A DNA stretch of 64,000 nucleotides, taken from Balanoglossus misakiensis (Eukaryota; Animalia; Hemichordata). Of the stretch, positions 57,501 to 64,000 are shown one piece after another (positions within the stretch are counted from its first letter, which is position 1; the number at the start of each line of letters is the position of its first letter). The notes beneath the pieces were generated by a model. It was not told the origin of the DNA. It saw nothing but the letters and a program-made list of their open reading frames with translations, and did no database searches. The DNA lies in NCBI GenBank assembly GCA_040954595.2, contig CM082584.2:4840110-4904109 (forward strand). Direction: 5' to 3'. A program made the position numbers and the translations under genes.

Positions 57501-60500
57501 CAATGGGGTTTGGATTGGAAGTTTGTTTTAACACCACTCAAGTTCAATTCAAAGACGTACCAAGTAGTTTGGCAACTGATCGTCTGCAGTTAATGATTCC
57601 CATACGAGGGAACATTTGTCTTCAAACTCTGACCATCCTGTTTGTAGTGGCAGGTCTACAAGTAATGGTTTATATCCATTGAGAGCAGCTTGGAATGTGG
57701 TGATTTTTCCCATATCGACATCATTCTCTTCTACGGTCATCAGAAGCAGGCGAATGAATGACTTCACCTGAGAATCGTCTGTCAGAATTGTTTGTAAAAT
57801 AGTGCAATTAAGATTTACATTATTTGCCCTGAATCAAGTTATAAAAGACATTGCTATTTGTCACACACACACACACACCGTAGTCCGGAGCGTAATAGTA
57901 CGTGCAGAGGGGGGGGGGGGGGGTGAAGCCATAACGAATGAACCGTAACAAATCAGTATTTAGGTTAAACAACCACAAATACTCTTTCAAGAACCCAGCA
58001 CAGAACAAAGTGGGTAAATACATTTGGAAATCAAAGGAGGAAAACATCGAACACAAAATCACATGGAAACCCCTGAAAGAAGCCAACCCCTACCTCCAAT
58101 TAGTAATATGTGCAACACATACCTTCGGGAGACATATTTCATCATATGCAAACCAAAACAGGTCAGATATAATATACGTAACAAACTCGTCAGCACATGC
58201 CGACACTCCAGCAAATTTCTCCTAACGAATTTCATAACCAGGCCAATTAACGCTACCCGCCCAACCCTAGCCATTATTCACTGTCATTCTGAAGTAGGCT
58301 CATTGGCAGACCAACCCTGTCCAGTATATATATTTCCTGTTGTGCAGTCACATACTTCATCATTAGGATCAGTACCTGACGAGCTAGTGTAGGTCCCGCT
58401 TACACGAAACTGGCCAGTAATACAACGATTATGTCAAAATAGCCCTAGTTCCCCTCTACATACCTTTCATAACCTTTCTGGTCCAGGAAATCAGGTCTGC
58501 ACTGTCTGAGAGTGCCTTCAAGCAGTCTTGTTTGTCGTCTTCGAAACCACGTAGGGTTTTGCTTGTGTCTATCATTTCTTTTGTTATGCATGACACTGAC
58601 ATACTCTTATCGTGTTCCTGTCCAATGAAAGGCACAGAACAGTGGGATTGTGGCAATTGAGTGATATGCATACATTTTTTATGTGCAGGTAATATACCCC
58701 GGTATTTGTTAGGTATTGTCATTTAAACAAATTTACAACAGTGTTTTATAACACTAATGTTTTGATTTTACGTTGAAAGGTGTAAGTGAGTTAAACCAAA
58801 AGTGTAAATGTAAATCTAAGTGTCTCAGAAAATTTGAAGATTTCGCACTTAATTTCAAGCAATATTCAAATGTTGATATGTTCCTTTCAGGTAGTGTTGC
58901 TGGTATAGTGTGCAAATAAGGTATACCGGTACTTGCAGAATCCTGACACCTACATGTATAGTAACACAACTGAGCAGTAGTTCAAGTCTACCCTATTGTA
59001 TTTTTTTTCATTTCTGGTCATACTTGGCCTGGTATCTCCCTTACCTTGAATGATAATGATTATTGGACAAGATTTGATATCACATCAATCTAACCTTGCC
59101 CTTCAACGACTGCTACCTTTAGTTAACACCAGTGTGTATGTATAAAGAATTGTATTCAAAATACCTGTTTCACAATTTCTACAACGGAGTTGAAGTCCCC
59201 GGTTAACAACAGGACTTCGCGGCATCCAAGAACAACTTTTGCAGCAGGAATAGCCCGATCGAAGTTGAGACATTCATGGACAGTTGTAGCGAAATTGGCA
59301 ATCTCTTCTGTGGAATATGTAGACCATTCTGTGCTTCTAAGAAGTGCAACCAGTTCCTTGCACAGGCTTCCCTTGGGCTTTTCACAAAGATCTTTGAAGT
59401 AGTAATGTACTTCTTCAAAGCTGATTTCCTTCTTTGCAATATCTACTACCAGCTTACGAAGTGTATCTTTCACCATGGTCCAAAGCTTCACTCCTTGATC
59501 TTCAAATGTGACCTCCTGGCTCTCTTGTCTGAGGTCTTTTCTCCAGATTTTCTCAGTTCTTCTGAAGATCAGCTCAACAATATAGTGCTGTGGTATACTC
59601 TGAACAGCAGCGCAAACGTCTTTTGCCAAGAAATCCATCCTCGTATTTGGTTGGTAATCTCGCAAATCAAATGGCTGCTTCTTTGGGAAAACTTGGACGT
59701 CACAGACTGTGTCGAGAAGGCATTCCTGGTTTCCAAGTTCCTCTAGAGCAGTAGTTAGAACTGATGTGTCGACTAAAATTTAAAAATAAAATGCTGCATG
59801 TCAGAATGACCAAAGACCACAAGGACAAGTTTACTCCAACTTGTCTTTGATACACTATCTACATGTATAGGGGCTAGTTATTAGTTTAATTTTAGAAATA
59901 ACAAGTTAGAAAAGTCCAACTGATAACATATGTCTGGACAAATAGCATACAGAGAGGAGACTGCTAAGCAGATTATGCAATTTTAGTCGTGATAGATGAG
60001 GCGATGTGAACAATCTGCTTCAAATATTTATCATTAATGCATTTAAAATAGTGAGTTTACAAGTTCCTGAAATCTGGTTAGCTTTAACTGCATGGTCACT
60101 GGCAGATTTATCAATTTAGTGAAGATTTGAAACTTGCGTTCATAAAGACAGACGGACAAACGTCTAGAATTAAACAATTTTTTAAATGGCTCTACTTGTG
60201 AAGTAGTGCAAATTAAACGAGGTTTGACAACAAAAAGTGCCGTGTTGGGATTGAAAAATATTTTGTGTACATACACCGCCCTAAAATTCAATGGTCACCG
60301 CGAATTTACACACATATAAATGATACTAACCTTTTGTATTTAAGTGGGCACAAATGTCGAGTGCGTATTGCAACCTTTGTGTGAGTCGGTGCACAAAGAA
60401 CAATTCTTTCCGTCTGATATCAATGCAAGATTTGACATCCTCTAGGCCTAATATGCAATAATAACGGTTGTTTTTTCCTAACCGTTGAAGAACATTCGAG

Positions 60501-63500
60501 CAACGAATGAGATCACAGAGCCTATATGTATGTTCTTCTCGACAGATAGTCTCAAGAAGATTCATTTCGATATCCCCCTTGAAAAGCAAGCCCACCAATT
60601 TTTCAATGGTGGATATGATATTTTCAACACATTCTTGTACATCTTTAGAAAGGTTGTTCATTTTCGACTCTGTATGAAAGCACAAGGAAAATAAACCATT
60701 ATTACCACGAAATATCCAATTAACACAAACTTTTGAGAACAGAATTATCGTTGTCATGATGGCCGTTATGGTTTTACAGATTAACCACCCATGTGTTCAA
60801 TTGACATTACATTTCTTAATTTACCAACAATCGAAAGAAATCAGCTGCAAACAAAACATTATGCACACATATAAACCCACCTATAATGCCAAGGCACTTT
60901 GGCCACAGTTTTCTTTGGAGAAGCTTGCGAAGACGCCCGATCTTATCTTTCAGAGCTCCGTCTGAAGTCTGGTAGGGCCAATGTTTGGACATCCACACCG
61001 AAAACAGTTTGGCAGATCGTTCGCCAGTCCCCTTTTCCTCAAATTTTAAAAGGTTCGCTTCAGTATCCTACAGGATTGTAAATTTACATGGAATCTTTTC
61101 AAAAATTGCAATAATCAAGACAGATTTACTTATTATTGTTATTATTATTCTTATATTTTACCGGTTCATTCAATTTCAGCTATGGTAGCCATTTTCTTAG
61201 TTATACTACGTTCGTTCATTGTTCATTAAATACACTGTGTACAGATAAGAACCAAATCATTAGAGTGTTTGGATAAAACATACAACACAGACACCGAATG
61301 AAGTTGATATATCAACAGAGACGTGTGATAGTTAAAACCACATCTTTGTATTAGTGTGATTAGCATGACTGGGGGATGTGGCTAATTTGTAAATAATATA
61401 TACAAATGGCAGACTGGAACAACCGATGCAATGCAATCTACCGGTACTTGAAACTTCCACCTGTTTTATGCAAACACTCTTAATATACTAACCTCTTCAT
61501 GGCTGTCATAGCGGGCAAATACTTCATCTTCGATTTTTTTATGTACAGCGTTGTTTAACTCAACATATTCCAGACTTATGTACATCCGGTGAAGGGCTTT
61601 AACACTAGTACTCTGAAAAGAAATGTTTCGAAACTTAGAAAATAGCGTTGGAAATAAGTTGTGGGTATTCTATTAGTATACAGAGTGCCGGCCGATTTTC
61701 AGGCTGGCGTAGCCCCATCAGAAACTTTTGGTAATGTACGTTATTTTCACGAACTCTACATCGGCTCCACGCATGTGAAACGGTAACTGTTGAACTTTAC
61801 ACGCAACTTTGACATTTGATTTGTTCTTTCATGATAAATGTATTAAGAAAATGCAAAATAGAAAATAAAAGTACCTGTAAACGAGACTGCAATGGTACGA
61901 GTGTCTTCTCCATCCACTGGGACCAAAATTGGTCGGAACCACTACCGGTATATTTGATGTCACACATCTGTGACCAAATCTGCATGGGATAAATGAAATT
62001 TGGTGTAATAATTAACATAAAGTACCATTATATCAGTTCAGTGCAATTAAAAATAGAGCCAAATCAATGCAGTGCACAAGTTAATTTTATTATGAAAATA
62101 CGTGGCTATCTGCAACGGACATTTAGTAATGTCATGCTTCCATTTTTTCAAGAATGAAATCACCTCTATTGGTGTGTCTGAGTTTTCTAATGAACACGTG
62201 TTGACAATCTGTTCTTAACGTGACCACCCAATGAAAATATATTTCTAATTTCATTTGCAGAAGTGCCTATATATACTTTTAAAAAGCAGAGAAATGACTG
62301 ATATGCAGCGCTATGCACCAATGGACATTTCCTCGTGACTAGCATTAGTTGTTCCCTGTCACATCATTTAGCAAACATGACGAGTTATGTAATACCATAG
62401 TACACTACTTGCCGAAAGTTCATTCATTTGGTCCTTTTCGTCTGTTGGCACTTTAGCGGCCAGTGTAGAACGCAGAATATAAGCAAGCATAAACCCAAGC
62501 CGACCGACATCAGTATTGAGGTCCAGTTCATCCTGATTGGATTCCGGATGTGATAATGCTTTCCACGCAACATATAAACTAAGTGTGACATAGTCTTTCA
62601 GAGCAATTATATTCATTGAATTGAATTCTAAGTCCATAACTTTCGATTTTCTATCCAAAGCATAGGCGAGATCATGCATGTACTGTGCCAATATTTTCAT
62701 CATGGCATACGAGGCATTGGCATCTCTTATAAAGTCATTGTTGCTGCCCCTGTGTGACGAAAACACATAGTTACACAAATCAAATCATTAGTTTACATCT
62801 GGCACCGAGAACAATAGAATTTAGCGTACACTAACGAATCGGTACGGAACGGTACGTACAGAACGCGTGTTAAGTACGCCTTAAGTTTCAAGGCACCCCA
62901 ACTCACTGTGTACAGGTATGTGCTGTTATGCGGACGGTTTCAAGACACCCCCACTCCAACGCACGTGCGCACACGTAAACAAAAAAGAAAGATGGCGGCT
63001 CACTGAGTCAACTGAGCGGTTTTCGATCAATTGTATCGGCATTTTGGGAGTTTTGAAAGCCAAGTAACATGCAACACAAGACACTAACGAACACACTAAC
63101 GAATCGGTACGGAACGGTACGTACAGAACGCGTGTTAAGTACGCCTTAAGTTTCAAGGCACCCCAACTCACTGTGTACAGGTATGTGCTGTTATGCGGAC
63201 GGTTTCAAGACACCCCCACTCCAACGCACGTGCGCACACGTAAACAAAAAAGAAAGATGGCGGCTCACTGAGTCAACTGAGCGGTTTTCGATCAATTGTA
63301 TCGGCATTTTGGGAGTTTTGAAAGCCAAGTAACATGCAACACAAGAACTAACGGAGATGTAAGATGTATAATAATAAGGTTATTACGAAAATACCGCAAA
63401 GTATGCACTCGGACATTAGCGCAGCGCATCGCCCTCCGCTACGCGTCGGGCGATACCGGGCGCTAATTTCCTCATGCATACTTTGCGGTATTTTCGTAAT

Positions 63501-63922
63501 AACCTGCTTATTTCCCTGTAACAGCACATCTCCTCTAGCTTTTGATACTTAACAGGCACAGAATAATCAAGCAGGAGTGTTAAAACACTTCCGCAGTGAT
63601 TGTTATAACCAAATATAGATATACAGGTATGTGTTCTGACCAACTCTTTCTAATACCAAATTACTACATTCAATTAAGCCATTGGTTGCTGTAAGTAGAA
63701 GTACAATATTGTAAAACTTTAATGTGCACTGGGAATGAGGATTTCTGATATCACCACGAGTAGTTTGGTCTTTAAGATCACCACAGACATCATAAATACG
63801 AGAGGCAACCATAAGTATACCTTGTGTGATTAATGTTTTACTCACCCGGTCGTAACCACCGACAAGTTCCTTTCTGAATTGAGAGTGATTCTTTCAATGG
63901 CATTCTGCATGTAACCATCAAT
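15874..63922 (-). CDS. RNF213: RNF213/mysterin-like giant AAA+ ATPase / E3 ubiquitin ligase, copy B (multi-exon, 5' end outside window)
   Basis: Manually spliced, phase-consistent exons in transcription order: 63846-63922, 62413-62749, 61875-61979, 61493-61612, 60881-61067, 60331-60669, 59165-59772, 58464-58617, 57561-57778, 56790-57116, 55634-56412, 54883-55016, 54443-54529, 53904-54010, 53543-53681, 53202-53376, 52852-53071, 52551-52679, 52189-52294, 51462-51717, 50880-51048, 50532-50647, 50194-50391, 49812-49934, 49254-49371, 46529-46835, 46025-46158, 45845-45931, 45462-45671, 44630-44796, 44044-44266, 43721-43891, 42965-43140, 42691-42813, 42039-42198, 41866-41933, 41550-41700, 41047-41154, 40493-40578, 39923-40111, 39471-39597, 38965-39165, 38524-38654, 37889-38361, 37023-37475, 36480-36637, 36052-36264, 35341-35537, 34668-34776, 29776-29867, 29492-29680, 28233-28487, 26615-26726, 25975-26349, 25523-25636, 24752-24853, 24546-24596, 23960-24163, 23705-23777, 23292-23425, 22953-23008, 22690-22843, 22185-22371, 21828-21919, 21428-21485, 21062-21261, 20502-20637, 20125-20199, 19350-19527, 18789-18999, 18366-18446, 17623-17829, 16743-16832, 16189-16379, 15874-16015 (TGA). 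The total is 13,509 nt, an exact multiple of 3. Diagnostic RNF213 motifs: MGETGCGKT, FFDEANTT, GKPGSSKSLA, VVLDEVGLAEDSP, SNWALDPAKMNRG, YGLRDFY, YPIPLINRLEKH, RING, RZ finger, LPTKRGRGQC..ALV...HN. Confidence 0.95.
17206..17502. mobile_element. Crypton-like hairpin-ended element present only in copy B
   Basis: Absent from the homologous intron of copy A (about 5720). Body IR CCAGTATATTGA/TCAATATACTGG, then a terminal palindrome at about 17373-17499. AT-rich insertion site with no clear TSD. Confidence 0.8.
23292..23425 (-). other. RZ-finger exon (atypical)
   Basis: (WY)RCKRDHPYFAGECKRPREDWTCFCGAGINENTPEP matches the RZ pattern CxxxH-x4-GECxRP-x5-C. Confidence 0.85.
24320..24517 (+). repeat. 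Compound microsatellite (AATG)n-(AACG)n-(AAAT)n
   Basis: Directly visible; it explains the spurious FIYL/HSFI ORF. Confidence 0.97.
26992..28177. mobile_element. Crypton-like element with terminal hairpin and a decayed tyrosine-recombinase-like fragment
   Basis: IR TATATCACAAT (27001) / ATTGTTGATATA (28036), and terminal palindrome at about 28055-28175. The minus strand at about 27285-27440 translates to FDATIRAKRSSHKAKGIRKVSCSSETLTDDEIQLTHDRRVLAKT, resembling the Crypton/DUF3504 motif AKxKxLKxxG..K....LTxxE. Confidence 0.6.
28561..29151 (+). mobile_element. Helentron-associated non-autonomous element (HINE/DINE-1-like)
   Basis: Sub-TIR GGTCCCATTG (28586) / CAATGGGACC (29136), ACAT/CCAT microsatellite, and 3' stem-loop AGGTCCCGTGG..CCAATGGGACCT followed by an A-tract. 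Confidence 0.7.
29356..29393 (+). repeat. (CA)n microsatellite
   Basis: Directly visible. Confidence 0.9.
29492..29680 (-). other. RING-finger exon (atypical: second Cys missing)
   Basis: Translates to ISHCAAGKHTLVDPVWLFCGHLCCQRC...RNCPVDDC at the RNF213 RING position. Confidence 0.85.
29988..34337. mobile_element. Non-autonomous Academ-like foldback transposon (4.35 kb, TIRs of about 1.3 kb)
   Basis: 5'-TAGACCATGAGCCAGTAGGGG ... CCCCTACTGGCTCATGGTCTA-3' with a 3-bp TSD CAG (29985-29987, 34338-34340). Near-identical arms at 29988-31300 and 33032-34337 contain tandem units of about 150 bp. TAG..CTA ends with a 3-4-bp TSD are typical of Academ. No ORF. Confidence 0.85.
35739..35943. mobile_element. 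Kolobok-like MITE (205 bp, TTAA TSD)
   Basis: TTAA|AGGTATACGCTCACCT ... AGGTGACCGCATACCT|TTAA; TIR matches at 14/16 positions. Confidence 0.8.
42965..44266 (-). other. AAA4 catalytic motifs: GKPGSSKSLA, VVLDEVGLAEDSP, SNWALDPAKMNRG
   Basis: Direct translation of exons 44044-44266, 43721-43891 and 42965-43140. Confidence 0.92.
46225..46482. mobile_element. Degenerate MITE, possibly PIF/Harbinger-like
   Basis: TIR AGGGCGCCCTTCC/GGAAGGGCACCCT plus an inner IR GCGAAAACGAGGCCA/TGGCCTCGTTTTCGC; TSD not preserved. Confidence 0.5.
47142..48098 (+). mobile_element. Helentron-associated element (HINE) with an internal 146-bp tandem array
   Basis: Sub-TIR AGCTCTGCTG (about 47165) / CAGCAGAGCT (about 48084), central array, GACG microsatellite, and 3' stem-loop AGCTCGGCTG..CAGCAGAGCT followed by AAAAA. 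Confidence 0.8.
47299..48003 (+). repeat. Tandem repeat, 146-bp unit, about 4.8 copies
   Basis: CTAATTTGCATAT-like starts recur at 47299, 47446, 47592, 47738 and 47884. Confidence 0.95.
48155..49230. mobile_element. Palindromic Crypton-like element with hairpins at both ends
   Basis: Arms 48155-48620 and 48790-49230 are reverse complements. Each end is itself a palindrome (48160-48301; about 49120-49190). Confidence 0.8.
52852..53071 (-). other. Exon with AAA2-type Walker A of RNF213 (STMPGNGKTLFV)
   Basis: GxGKT motif, followed by IFHIDIS, at the position of the RNF213 AAA2 nucleotide-binding site. Confidence 0.75.
62828..63346 (+). repeat. Direct tandem duplication, 265-bp unit x2
   Basis: ACACTAACGAATCGGTACGG starts at 62828 and 63093; the units look identical. 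Confidence 0.92.
63363..63512. mobile_element. Terminal hairpin of a Crypton-like element
   Basis: GGTTATTACGAAAATACCGCAAAGTATGCA ... TGCATACTTTGCGGTATTTTCGTAATAACC with a GC-rich apex. The flanks GTATAATAA and GCTTA resemble those of the other copies. Confidence 0.7.
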
Positions 63923-64000
63923 CTGTTAACATAAACAGAAAACGCAGCATGTTGATTTAGTGTTTGCATGTTTGGTTTACAAACTCATAACTAAACAAAG

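Noticed and set aside
37139-59746. Plus-strand ORFs such as 37139-37507, 46468-46839, 55676-55999 and 59276-59746
   Set aside because: They are antisense shadows of real minus-strand exons.
63603-63845. 80-aa ORF as an RNF213 exon
   Set aside because: It would need an intron of about 25 nt, and exon 63846-63922 already joins 62749 in phase.

Overview
Intron-rich, AT-rich animal genomic DNA; the repeat landscape suggests a marine invertebrate, but the taxon is only inferred. It is not prokaryotic and there is no CRISPR array. About 48 kb (15874 to beyond 63922, minus strand) is one RNF213/mysterin-like giant AAA+ ATPase/E3 ligase gene. I traced 75 phase-consistent exons (about 4,500 codons; the 5' end lies beyond the window), including the AAA2/AAA3/AAA4 Walker motifs, a RING and an RZ finger. 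Both E3 zinc modules are atypical, and there is a UBA-like insert. A second, near-identical and apparently intact copy of the 3' end lies tail-to-tail on the plus strand (before 1 to about 8250). The two copies form a palindrome with arms of at least 8 kb, and their similarity ends at the poly(A) site. The introns and the 6.4-kb spacer hold non-autonomous DNA transposons: an Academ-like element with about 1.3-kb TIRs, Helentron-type HINEs, a 9-bp-TSD MITE and a Kolobok-like MITE. There are also five Crypton-like elements whose terminal hairpins differ in sequence but share a strand-specific tandem G.A mismatch, usually under a GNA/GNNA loop.
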